From Zootoca vivipara (Eukaryota): a stretch of 64,000 nucleotides of DNA. A model generated the notes under the pieces. The model did not search any database and had not been told where the DNA came from. It saw only the letters and a list, made by a program, of their open reading frames with translations. The stretch's first letter is position 1. Each line of letters opens with the position of its first letter. The DNA is taken from positions 19,840,001 through 19,904,000 of the forward strand of contig NC_083291.1 of assembly GCF_963506605.1 (NCBI RefSeq). Reading direction: 5' to 3'. Positions 1 through 12,500 of the stretch are shown piece by piece. Both the position numbers and the translations under genes were made by a program.

Positions 1-879
1 ATTGAATGGGAGAAAAGTGGTCAATAGGTTTCAATGCATTTTAGACAATGTCAGCCTAGGAAGTGGAGCTGAGCCAAAGGGGATTTTCCTTTTATATTTA
101 TATGATTTTCCCCTTCTTAGCATTCTGAGGTTTGTCTATGGCTGCACACGTACCATGAATATGAAGCAGTACCCCCCCCCCCCACACACACACCGCAAAT
201 CCTGGAAACTGTAGTTTACCCCTCACACAGCTACAATTCCCAGCACCCTTAACAAACTACAGTTCCTGGGGCCTTTAAAAATTTGATGCATATGCAGCCA
301 ATATCTAAGGAACTGAAAGCAAATGCTGTTCCTGCAAAACCGGCATCGCCATGTAATGCTGGCAAAGCAGCAGAACGGGAGGCAGAGCAGCCATCGGAAA
401 ATGAGTTAAAATGAAGGGGTTTTTTTCTGTTCTATCCTGTTTCCTCTTTGTTTTTCTTTAAACCAATTCACAAGCCAATAACCTATACACTGACCGTGAA
501 CTATGGAACCGTATATTATATAGAAGCATAGAATTGTATTGTTAGAAGGGACCCTGAGGATCATGTAGTCAACCCCTGGCAATGCAGGAATGGGGTTTTT
601 TTTTTTTGAGAGGCGGAGGTTATTGGGTTGTTGTTTTTATTTTGATTATATATATTTTTTGTTTTTATGTTTTGATTTTGTTCTGTGAACCGTCCTGAGA
701 CCTCCAGGCATAGGGTGGTATATAAAATCAATAATAATAATAATGATAATAAATATGCGGCTGCCCAGGGGGATTGCACCTGCAGCCTTGGCGTTACCCC
801 TAGGTTGTAGCCATTACTGCAGATTCATTATGCTATTTTCTGTGGTGTGCAAATGACACAGGAATATTGTTTGCATTTG

Positions 880-1157
880 TTTAAAAACCAATTTTTAAAG
901 GTTATTTATGTATGCCACTACTGCGGCCCATGTTTTGTTAGCCCAAAACTGGGAAACAAGTGATGTCCCAACCAAAGAAGAATAGCAACTTAAGTTGACA
1001 GAATATGCACAGCTTGCAGACTTAACATATAAAATAAGAGAACAAGAATTCTGAACATACGTTTAGAGAAGATGAGAAAACGTTTATTGAATATATGGGA
1101 AATAATAGTGTACAGCTGAAAATGCTGGCAGCATTAAGACGAATTCAACAGTGTAAA
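880..1157 (+). mobile_element. Degenerate L1 ORF2 3' fragment
   Basis: LFMYATTAA..LLAQNW...EYAQLADLT-like translation. Confidence 0.7.
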
Positions 1158-1159
1158 TA

Positions 1160-1513
1160 CAGGTGAAACTCGGAAAATTAGAATATCATCGAAAAGTGCT
1201 TTTATTTCAGTAATGCAACTTATTATTATTATTTTTTATTTTAATTTTGAAAAAATGCTTTCTTTTGGAAATTCCACAGTAAAAAAACAAATAGTTAAAC
1301 AAAAATAAACATTGCTATTACATTTCATTAATTACATTCCATTTATAATTGACCCGCCTAATGACAAATAATTACAATTACAACAAATAAAGGCTTGACA
1401 TATCTTGCTTTGCATGTCATGCATCTATCTCATATATTGGTTTCACCTTTTAAGTTGTATTACTGAAATAAATGCACTTTTCGACGATATTCTAATTTTC
1501 CGAGTTTCACCTG
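1160..1513. mobile_element. Tc1/mariner-type non-autonomous element (MITE)
   Basis: ~60-bp TIR CAGGTGAAACTCGGAAAATTAGAATATC...; TA TSD. Confidence 0.9.
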
Positions 1514-3451
1514 TAAGTTTTGATGGATGCAATAATGCAGGGATGGGAAACCTTTTTCAGCTTGAGGGCCACATTCCCTTCTGGGCAACTTTCTGGGGGC
1601 CATATCCCCAGAATGGGGATGGGTGGTGGGTGCAGCCAGAGGCAAAAATGGGTGGAACAGTGACAGTAAATGTTACCTTTGTTCAAGCTCATTTCTGTAC
1701 ACATTCACACATACCCTTCGATCCTGCATGCAGGCAACGGAAAGGTGCCATCAGAATTCAAGGAAATGTTCCAACCAGGCAAAAGCATTTTAGGAGAGGG
1801 GTGGTGGTTGGAGAGAGTCCCAAAGACTAGACAAATATGCCTGCAGGACCACATTTGGTCTCTGGGCTTGATGTTTCCCAACCCTGCAGTATAATAAATC
1901 CTTTCCCAGCCAGCTGTAGCCCAAAACACATGCACTGCCAGTTCTTTTGCCTGATAAACTAATGTTGTAGTAAGATCTTCTGTTATGACAGGAGGTTGAT
2001 AGTACAGTAAACTGAAGAAGCCACCAGTTTTTTAAAAAACACTCTTCGTTTAGATGGCCTGTGTACAAAGAGAATAAAACACCACTCTGCTTCACTCCAC
2101 AATGGCATGGAGTTGGCATATATATATATATATATATATTCAGTTTGCTCAGCATTTCTATTCCATCTTCATGGAAATCATTCTCTTATAGAAAACATTC
2201 CTGATACCCAGAGGAACCCACGGTAGCAGCTTCTACAGATAGATGTGGTTGAATGGGAAATGAGCAAGAATACTTTTAATCCTTCCACTTGAAATTGATG
2301 GGATATGAAGTGTCAATATTGAAATGTACACAGAGTCTCGCCGCTTGCATCATTTTTACCTGGTCTTCCATTCTCTCTGTGCCCTCCAGGGCAGCCTTCT
2401 GAATGTGTTCTTGCCTTTCCTAGGCATGGGGGGAAATTGTTATTTTTAAAAGAAAGTTTCTAGTACATTTGTTCATGTTTTAACCCACATACCGTACAAA
2501 CAGCATTCTATAAAAAGACATCAGATCCACAACGACCCCACTAAGCTGCAGTATCTTAGTCAAAACAAAATCACATTCAATTCTAAACAGGCTAAAAGAA
2601 GGAGATCTGTGTTCAGCCATGATCTCAGTGAGTAGCTTCAGTCTGCCCAGATGCTTTCAGCCTAACCTAGTCCACTGAGTTCTTGTGAGGTCAAATGGAA
2701 TAATATCACCACATATGTGTGCTGCCTTGAGAAGCTCTGTAGTTGAGTAGGGTCGAACAAAAAAGAGAGAAAAACTTCTGATTTGAGTGACTTACTTCCA
2801 CACAGCTGCACTTCAGATCATAAGATTCTTCCAATAAAAAGCCTGTGTCCCATTCTAAAACGAACTACCGGTAGGAAGGTTATATTTCCTGAAAAGACCA
2901 ATGCCTTGGATATTTTTCAAAGTAATTTAAGCACTTTAAAATGTCACAGTCATTCCAGGTTGCTGTGCATTTGCTTTTTGCTTTTATGGGTTGCTACAAT
3001 ATAACTCTATTTTATATATTTTATATAAATAAATAACAAACAAACATATTCCTATATGTGTGTAATATATATTTGCATTAAACGCCTTGTGCACGGTGTA
3101 TTTCTTTGAAGGCAATGATCAAGGCAGGGTGCACGAGAACAGACCACCTTGTTATTTTTCCATGAAAGTGTGGTTGACAAATATTTAAATAACTGAAATA
3201 AATAAATACACATGGCCATCAAAGTCTTGAGCAGCGTATGGGAAAGTCGAACACGTATTTTACTAAGTAAAAATAACACACATTATTAAAAAATGAAGAT
3301 TGATCTCCTTGTGTTGTTGTACGTCATGTTAAAATTCTGTGGGAACTGCACCTGGCAGATAGAGCAAAATGGCTTTGTGTGTGCAAGGAAAAGGCTTACT
3401 CTTGTGTAGGCATAATAAACTGAAAAATGATCATGCTGAGCTATGGATGAG

Positions 3452-3589
3452 CAGGCATCCCCAAACTTCGGCCCTCCAGATGTTTTGGACTACAATTCCC
3501 ATCATCCCTGACCCCTGGTCCTCTGTTAGCTAGGGATCATAGGAGTTGTAGGCCAAAACATTTGGAGGGCCGCAGTTTGGGGATGCCTG
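3452..3589. mobile_element. 136-bp palindromic hAT MITE
   Basis: CAGGCATCCCCAAACT...AGTTTGGGGATGCCTG. Confidence 0.88.
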
Positions 3590-4060
3590 GATGAGAGTGT
3601 CAGGGCTCGCAAAGTCAAGGGCAGGAGGAGGAAGATCTTGAATTTATTTGGCTAGATCACCATCTGCTGGCAAGTATTACGCTTAGCCAATCACAAGGCT
3701 CCAGCCTTAAAAGTGGTCACCATGAAGAAGGATCCTACCACATGCACCCATATCCGTCCTTTTCTTATAATATGTGTAAGCCTGTCGACACATACTCTGT
3801 CGAAGGGGAAGGCAGAAGCCAAGCTCATTTTGCGGAAGGATTATCGATATCCATACGACGTAGCCCTGTCTTCTTTTCGCCTCTGGGCACCGTTGCGTGA
3901 GGGGAAAGGGGGAGAAGCTCGTGAGGGACGAGCAGATGAAGAGAAGTTCCTTTTCAGGCTTTGAAATTATGCTGGCGATGGATTCTTAGTACTGTACTGT
4001 ATTGTGGAGCTGGAAGGGACCTGACAAATCTCCACTCACACATGTAAACGGAGAGTAAGG

Positions 4061-4195
4061 GTTACAGGTAGGTAGCCGTGTTGGTCTGGGTCGAAGTAAA
4101 ATATAAAAAATCCTTCAGTAGCACCTTAAAGACCAACTAAGTTTCTATTTTGGTATGGGCTTTCGTGTGCATGCACACTTCTTCAGATACTTCAG
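4061..4195 (-). mobile_element. Penelope-like element terminal fragment with a hammerhead-ribozyme motif
   Basis: Minus strand CTGAAGA-stem-GAAA followed by TTAGTTGGTCTTTAAGGTGCTACTG...ACACGGCTACCTACCTG; related fragment at ~5460-5580. Confidence 0.8.
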
Positions 4196-4547
4196 AGAGT
4201 AAGGGGAAAGCGAGCCTAAGGCTTTTCCTAGGACTACCCCACCCCCACCCAACCGACCTGCTGTGCATTTAAAAGCCTCGCGACACGATGGGCAGTTATT
4301 TAACCGACAGGATTTGAAAGGACTCCACTGTTTATTCACTAGGCTGGCAAAAGGTGCTTCTAGCCCTCCTGTCCCGCATAATGGAGGACGCTAAGTTCTG
4401 TTAATTGGGAACCGGACGTCTGGAGAGAGAGAGAAAAACCTCATTTAGAAACTCTTTTAAGCCTGACGCTATAAGACCCGCCTCCTCGGTGTTTGGACAG
4501 GTGCGTTTTTCCCCACTTCGTTGCTGGTTCTTTCGTCCCATTACAAG

Positions 4548-4697
4548 TGGGGCAGCTCAGTTGACAGAACATGAAAAACTGTTAATCTCAGAGTCGTGGG
4601 TTCGAGCCCCGCTTTGGGCAAAAGCTTCCTGCATTGCAGGGGCTTGGATTAGGTGACTCCCGTGGTCCCCTTCCAACTCTGCAGAGCTATGATTCTG
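4548..4697 (+). mobile_element. tRNA-derived SINE with CR1-like 3' tail (Squam2-like); related copies at ~525-810(-), 38790-38890(-), 52975-53070(+)
   Basis: AGCTCAGTTG...GGGTTCGAGCCCC head followed by CCTGCATTGCAGGGG...CCCTTCCAACTCT...ATGATTCT. Confidence 0.7.
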
Positions 4698-4925
4698 AAG
4701 GGATTTTTTTGCCTCTTTTTCCAGGCCCTCATAATACACTGCAGGGAAGGAACAAAGCTAAATACCAGTAGGACAGACAAAAACTGTGCTGTGCCTTTTA
4801 TTTAATTAATTAATTGTTGTTGGTTTTTTTGTTTAATTAATTTTTTTCCTCTTTTATGTCTTATTGAAATTTTATTGGTGTTAGCCGCCCTGAGCCTGGT
4901 TTTGACTGGGGAGGGCAGGGTCTAA

Positions 4926-4966
<41 letters not shown>

Positions 4967-5019
4967 AGTCAGCAACAAGTGAGAGCTGCCTTAAGGTGCG
5001 AGGTGACTGCTTTGGGACT

Positions 5020-5232
5020 TTTGCAGATTGGAGAACTGGGCCGAAACCAAGAAAATTAATTTCAATAGGGACAAATGCAAGGTTCTGTGTTTAGGCAGGA
5101 AGAACCAGCTGCACAAATATAAGATGGGGGCACCTGGATTGCCAGTAGTACATGTGAAAAGGATCTAGGGGTCTTAGTTGACCACAAGCTTAATATGCAT
5201 CAACCGTGTGTTGCAGCAGCAAAAAAGACTGA
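5020..5232 (+). mobile_element. CR1 LINE RT fragment
   Basis: FNRDKCKVL.LGRKN..HKYKMG...CEKDLGVLVDHKLNM..CVAAAKK-like translation. Confidence 0.85.
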
Positions 5233-6043
5233 TTGGGTCGGCCTTATGTCCGTCTATTCTGGACCCAGTTTCAGATGACTAAATACAGCAACACGCTCAT
5301 CTTTACCCATTGGCCATTCCATTTCCAGGTTTCCATACTCTCCTGTCCCTTGGCTTGTCATCTGTTTTTGACACCCAGTAGCATACACGATAGGTTGGAC
5401 AATAAACACAGTTGTTAAACAGATTGCCCTGTTTTCAAGTTTATTAAAATTATATTAGACTCAGGTAGGTAGGCGTGTTGGTCTGACGCAGTCAAAATAA
5501 ATAAATGTCTAGTAGTCTGCAAGAACAAACTTAGTTGGTCTATAAGGTGCTAGCAGACAATTTATTATTTTATTTTTATTTTTATTAAAGTTATACTGTT
5601 TGCAATGTTGAGGAAAAGACTTGGTCAACGGATATATTCCATCAGTTTGTATCCTGGCTGCAATAGATTTACAGACAGATTTTCTGTGATCAAATTATTT
5701 AATAAATTCTTTCATTACAGCATTCCTTGATAATCAGCTAGTAGGTTTCTTAAAAGGGCAGGAAGCAATTGCATGTCTCAGCAACATTATTTAATTGTAA
5801 ACAATCAATGTTTATGATTTTACATGTTTACAAAATCACTGTTCTGCACCATAATATGCAGTTTGTTCCACAATACAGTAAAGAAATATGGATTGAGTAA
5901 GTGCTATTTTCAGAAGCTGAATTCCTTATTAATCTCAGCTTCCTAACTCTCAGATTCAAAAGCTTTTAAACAGGTTATGGAAATCATTAAGATGTGGTTT
6001 GTAGTTTTGATCCCAGATTTGCCATCTCAGTTTATTTGGTTTC

Positions 6044-6790
6044 TTTTTTTTAAAATAATTTTTATTAAGAATTTTTATAACATAGAAACATAACAATTTT
6101 AGCTCAACAAAACATAAACCACAAAGAAAACAAACACACAACAATACAAATAAAAAACACAACATCATCTTACCTCATCTTTTTAACTCATTGTCCCTTT
6201 TGCTTCCCCAACTCCTGTCTATCTGATTTTCATTCTAGATTCATCCATAACGGTTTCTATTTCATTACTTTTAATTTTCATCATCCTATATTTTTCTTAA
6301 TTCTTCTTAATCCCATCTTTTTATTTATAACTCAGTTTTCCTGCTTTATAGTCTCCACTTTTCTCCCTATTGCCTTAACTTCTGTGTTTCCCTAGATGTT
6401 CAGACTTTCAACTCTTAAAAATAATTTCCTAAATATAATTTGAATTTTCTCCAGTCTTCCTCTATTCTTTCATCTGCTTGATCTCGGAGTCTTCCTGTCA
6501 ATTCTGCCAGTTCCATAAAGTCCAACATTTTCATTTGCCATTCCTGTAGAGAGGGCAGTTCCTCTTTTTTCCAATATTTCGCAATTAAAATCCTCGCAGC
6601 TGTGGTGGCATACATAAACAAGTTTACATCTTTTTTGGGGATTTCTTCCCCCACTATTCCAAGTAAAAAGGCCTCTGGTTTTTTCAAAAATGTATTTTTG
6701 TATATCCTTTTCATTTCGTTATAAATCATTTCCCAGAAGCCTTTTATCTTAGGGCATGTCCACCACATATGATAGAATGAGCCTACTTCC
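6044..6790 (-). mobile_element. 5'-truncated L1-clade LINE 3' end
   Basis: ORF 6415..6768 (HMWWTC...KKPEAFLLG...YATTAAR); A-tail; 11-bp TSD TATTTGGTTTC at 6033-6043 and 6791-6801. Confidence 0.9.
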
Positions 6791-7138
6791 TATTTGGTTT
6801 CAGGTGTGGTTATTTATTTATTTATTTTTAAAGGAGCAGCAATCATTACACCAACAAGTTCAGCTTTCTTCAAAGCCAGCTTCCAGGCAACCTACACTGT
6901 AAGTCCAAGAACATTCTGGAAAGGTCAGAAAACACAAGTTCGTTTTTTTATATACTGTATATTTGTATTTTCCATGAGAAATTCAGACCTGTATGTGCAC
7001 ATTTCTCAGGAGAGTTCTTAAAAAGCAGGTACAGCAGCTAACATCCTGCACACAGGCCATGTTTCTCATACCCTATGGATTGCAACAGGACAGCCACTGA
7101 AAAAAGTCTGACGAAAAAGTGTCCACGGTGCCCCGTTC

Positions 7139-7550
7139 TCATAGCCTGGAGGGCTCAAATTCTTCTTCAAAGATCTCCTCCACCGTTGCGTTCTCATAGG
7201 CAGGAGGGGGGGTGAGGGGCTCCGGGCGTTCTGCCCGCTCTTCAACACCTTTGAGTTCATGGGTATCCGAGACAAATCGCTGCAGTTTCGGCGGCCTGAG
7301 CAACCTGAGGCGGAACCTGGACTGCAGATCTGCCTCCGAGGCACGCCGTGGGCCTGGTGCCACCGAGACACTGAACGCCTCGACCACAGTCTCTCCGTGG
7401 GCAGGAGGCTCAATGACCACGCTGTACGGAGGGGGCTCCACTGGCATTGTCCCTGGACTGGATGTGATGGTCCAGATGGTTGGTCCCGATATGTAGCCAG
7501 TAGTCACCACCTCCTCAAATGCCGGTGCCTCATAGGCCTCATTGTCTGTG
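7139..7550 (-). CDS. TMEM139: TMEM139 terminal coding exon (cytoplasmic PPxY tail); transmembrane exon not located
   Basis: The acceptor ctcttttaccag is followed by an open frame TDNEAYEAPAFEEVV...EPPPYSVVIEPPA...RRASEAD...PEPLTPPPAYE...*. This matches recalled human TMEM139 (DNEAFEVPVYEEAVV / PPPYSTVVIPPA / RRMASEG / LEPLTPPPAYD). TMEM139 neighbours GSTK1 in human. Confidence 0.85.
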
Positions 7551-9529
7551 CTGGTAAAAGAGAGGGGAAGTAGTTAAAAACTCAAATAATTATAATACCT
7601 CCATACTTCCCACAAAGGAGGATTATCTGTGCTCTCAACAAGGCATAATATCTACCATAGTCAGGCAATGGGATCATCAAGTGCATTCTGGCCCCCACAA
7701 TCACAGGCCTCCTCTGCACCATGCATTTAAAACACTATGATTGTCGTGCCTTTGGCACGGGCAAAGTTCATAAATGTATTTAGTTTGCATGGGCTGTTAT
7801 TGTACTGGGTACTGGCCAAAAAGAATATTGCAAGAACGACAGTTGCTGACAGTTGGGACAGTTGGTGGCTGAGGTTAGAGAGGAGGAGTTCAGTGGGTGT
7901 GAGGGTACCAGAGGGAGTGCTGTTACATGTTCTCCACCTGCAAGATTGTATTGTTTTACCATTTAATACTTGTCTTCACACTTATTATTTGTCTTATTCG
8001 ATTTGTTTTACCTCGTTCTTGACTGTTAATAAAGTAATAGGATTGAAGTAAAAAAAAAGTCTATTTTCCGTCAAAGACAAGAAGGTTTAGCTGTATGTCG
8101 AACTACCTAGGTCACCAGGCACGGTAGTGAGGACAGCACAATGATACCAGATGTGTGTGGTATAAATAATAAAATTAGTATTATTATTAAACAGTGAGGG
8201 CATCCCCCAAAAGAATTGTGGGAACTGTAGCTTGCCAAGAGAGCCGAGAGTTGTTAGGGGACTCCTACTCCTTTCACTGGAGCTACAGTTCCCAAAGTTT
8301 GCTGCAGAGAAGGAGTGACTATTAAACCTACTGTAGAATTTGATAGATTTTTAGGGTGCTTCCAGATAGAATCCCACCCAAAAATAGCAGCAAACACCTA
8401 TTGGCAAATTCAAGCAGCACAATTGTAGTTGATCAGTAGGTCTTGCGCAACAACCCACTTCTCCAAAAGTCTGGTGCATCATAACGACTACAATCCTACA
8501 CACACTTAGCTAGGAATAAGTCCTTTGAACCCAGGTGGGTTTACTCCTGAGTAGAAATGCATAGGTAGGGTTACACTGGAAATATTTCTGTTGACACTTT
8601 TTATTTCAAAAATATCTCTTTGACTTACAGGCCTGCCATGTGACCTCCAATAACAGACCCACAGTTATGAGAAAGCACATCAAACAGAGGCCTCCTTGCA
8701 CAATAGTTTGGTTGTACCTGCCAGTTTGAAAGCAAGCGGACATAGACACTGAACTTTCAAAGTTGCCAGAACACCTGTAATCAAAGTTGCATCTGCACCT
8801 GCATCACACCTTGCCCAGGTCTCCTCCCAATTCTCCTTGCTTCATGATTCGCCATTTACTGACAGAAGATTGGTAAGCTATTGATCATGAATTGTTAAAA
8901 AACGAAAAAACAAAAGACACCACCCTACATAGCAAGCTCCACAGCATTCCCCCCCCCCAAAAAAATAAGGTCACCTTGTCTGTTACTTTTGCAGGAAGAA
9001 TTGCTCCTCCAGTAGAGTCCGGAATGCAGACAGACCAAATCCATAGAGAGACTTATCACACCAATGACTGGGAACGCTAGGAGGGGAAGCAGCCACCTGA
9101 TCCAGCCAACTAGACACACAACCAGTGATACATCAAGCGAGCATCTTCCCAGCAACAGCACATTGGAGGGAAGGTGGTGCTTGAAATGGTCCTTTGGTGC
9201 AATGGTGGAATTAAGAATCAAGCTCAGTCACTGAAGTCACCACCCTCCCATACTTTGGCTTAAGAAAAAGGGAGCCAATCGTTATTTGGGCAGTGTGGGA
9301 TAGAGAGGGATAGAGAGACAGAGATAGAGAGGAATAGAGAGAGATAGCAGTTGCACTGGAAGTAAGCAGGGACACCGCAGGGATTTGAATCCCGTCCTGG
9401 GAACCAGGAGCGCCGAACACCAGTGTCTCTTGATTTTTTTTTTGAGCAATGCAACAAGGGGAAAAGCAAAACCTGAGAGAACATTCTGTGAATGTTCTTT
9501 CAGGGAAGAGGAAACCTTAAGATGTTAAG

Positions 9530-12500
9530 AAGAGATCTTTGGAGAGACCTGTGAAGAGAAAAGCAGAAAAGAAAATGGGAAAAGAAGTGACCAATAAAAA
9601 AAATATTGTCTTGAAGAAAGACCACAGAGTGATGGAATGTGAACTTATCTAAAGCAGCACAGTCCAAATGCAGGTGACTCTCATTTCAGGTACAGTGAAC
9701 TCTGCAAAGCCTGAAGGAAAGAAGAGCTGCAACAAAAGAAGACGTGTTCTCCTACCTACAATGAGCCTCATTGTGGTGACGCAGAATAGGGCCTCTTCTG
9801 ACAACTCAGTCACTGCATCCTGAAAGAGTCTTAACACATTGAGTTGCAGACGGAACACAATAGATTTTCTCCCTAGCCAAGAAAGGGATACTCACCCAAA
9901 TGTCCTTCAATTGTGGAATACCATTTTGACCACCAATTTTTGTTTGAAGCTGGATGATCCATTGATCTAGAGGGGTACAACAGAGAGATGAGATTCAGAC
10001 TTAAACCTCTGCCATTAAGATTGGTGTGGAAAGAAGGAAGATTGTTCATCCTTTTGTTTGTCCATTTGAGGGCAACTTTGTGTCTTGCAGTTCCCTTTGT
10101 TGGTCTGCTATCTAGAGTCACTAGTTTGCCCCCAGCCACCTTCCACCAATCCTACAGATAATGAGTTTTAAATAATAATTAAAAAACCCAGGTTTTCTTA
10201 CCGCCATGACTTCTGGGACTCTCCAGGAAGAGTTGGCTTCATATGAGGGTTGGGAGCTCTTTAGAGAGACCTGTGAAGAGACCAGCAGAAAAGAAAACGG
10301 GAAAAAAAGTGGCCAATACAACAAACATTGGCTTGGGGCAAAACGCTGAGTGGTGGAATGTGAACTTACCTAAAGCAGCACAGTCCAAATGCAGGTGACT
10401 CTCACTTCAGGTACAGTGAACTCTGCGAAGAATGAAGGAAAGAATAGCTGGAAGAAAAGAAGAAGTGTTCTCCTAGCTGCAGCTGAGCCTCATTGTGGTG
10501 ACGCAGACTAGGGCCTCTTCTGACAACTCTGTCACTGCTACCTGAAAGATTCTTAGCACAATGAGTTGCAGACGGAACACAATAGAGATTTCCTCCCTAC
10601 CCAAGCAAGGCATATTCGGGAAGTCTGAAGGAAAGAGGAGCTGGAAGAAAAGAATAAGTGTTCACCTACCTGCAGCTGAGCCTCATTGTGGTGACACGGA
10701 ATAGGGCCTCTTCCAACAACTCAGTCACAGCAACTTGAAAGAGTCTTAGCACAATGAGTTGCAGACAGAACACAATAGAGATTTCCTCCCTAGCTAACCA
10801 AGGGATACTCACCTAAATGTCCTTCAATCGTGGAATACCATTTTGACTGCCATTTTATTTGAAGCTGGATGAGCCATTAATCTAGAGGGGCAGAACGGAG
10901 AGATCTAGAATCACTAGTTTGTCTACAGTCACCTTCCACCAATTATACAGAAAAGTGAGTTTCTTAAAAAAACAAAACAGCTCTCCTTACCACCATTACT
11001 TCTGTGACTCTGCTGGAAGAGCTGGCTTCAATTGAGTGTTGCAGGATCTTTGGAGAGACCTGTGAAGAGACCAGCAGAAAAGAAAATGGGAAAAAGGAGA
11101 GACCAATACAAAAAACATTGTCTTGAAAAAAGACAACTGAGTGGTGGAATGTGAACTTACCTAAAGCAGCACACTCCAAATGCAGGTGACTCTCACTTCA
11201 GGTACACTGAACTCTGCGAAGCCTGAAGGAAAGAATAGCTGGAAGAAAAGAAGAAGTGTTCTCCTACCTGTAGCTGAGCCTCATTGTGGTGACACGGAAT
11301 AGGGCCTCTTCTGACAACTCTGTCACCGCAACCTGAAAGAATCTTTGCACAATGAGTTGCAGACAGAACACAATAGAGATTTCCTCCCTAGCCAACCAAG
11401 GGATACTCACCTAAATGTCCTTCAGTCATGGAATACCATTTTGACTGCCATTTTATTTGAAGCTGGATGAGCCATTAATCTAGAGGGGCAGAACAGAGAG
11501 ATCTAGAGTCACTTGTTTGTCCCCAGTCACCTTCCACCAATTCTACAGAAAATGAGTTTTTATAAAAAAAACAAAACAGCTTTTCTTACCACCATGACTT
11601 CTGTAACTCTGCTGGAAGAGCTGGCTTCATTTGAGTGTTGCAGGATCTTTGGAGAGACCTGTGAAGAGACTAGCAGAAAAGAAAATGGGAAAAAGGAGAG
11701 ACCAATACAAAAAACATTGTCTTGAAAAAAGATGACTGAGTGGTGGAATGTGAACTTACCTAAAGCAGCACAGTCCAAATGCAGGTGACTCTCACTTCAG
11801 GTACATTGAACTCTGCGAAGCCTGAAGGAAAGAAGTGTTCTCCTACCTGCAGCTGAGCCTCATTGTGGTGACGCAGAATAGGGCCTCTTCTGACAACTCT
11901 TGTCACCGCAACCTGAAAGATTCTTAGCACAATGAGTTGCAGACAGAACACAATAGAGATTTCCTCCCTAGTCAACCAAGGGATACTCACCTAAATGTCC
12001 TTCAATTGTGGAATACCATTTTGACTGCCATTTTATTTGAAGCTGGATGAGCCATTAATCTAGAGGGGCAGAATGGAGAGATCTAGAATCACTAGTTTGT
12101 CTCCAATCACCTTCCACCAATCCTACAGAAAAGTGTTTTCCTACCTGCAGCTGAGCCTCATTGTGGTGACGCAGAATAGGGCCTCTTCTGACAATGTCAC
12201 CGCAACCTGAAACAGTCTTAGCACAATGAGTTGTAGACGGAATACAATAAGGATTTCCTCCCTAGCCAAGCAAGGGATACTCTGAGTAGCTTGAAGGAAA
12301 GAAGAGCTGGAACAAAAGGAAAGAAGGGCTGGAAGAAAAGAAGTATTCTACCTGCAGGTGAGCCTCATTGTGGTGACACGGAATAGGGCCTCTTCTGACA
12401 ACTCTGTCGCTGCAACCTGAAAGAATCTTAGCACAATGAGTTGTAGACTGAACACAATAGAGATTTCCTCCCTAGCCTGCGATCTATAATCACTAGTTTG

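Noticed and set aside
1405-1935. Cluster of 60-141 aa ORFs
   Set aside because: They lie within a Tc1 MITE and an adjacent hAT-like element (~1538-1886); the same peptide recurs at 17853-18104 because of the repeat.
4548-4620. tRNA-Lys-like sequence as a real tRNA gene
   Set aside because: The acceptor and anticodon stems are broken and it runs straight into a CR1-like tail; it is a SINE head.
8629-8717. Exon-like segment (..GGLCLMCFLITVGLLLE..|gtaagt) as the TMEM139 second TM helix
   Set aside because: The resemblance is short, the upstream frame has a stop and no first TM segment, and the spacing does not fit. It remains only a possible cryptic exon.
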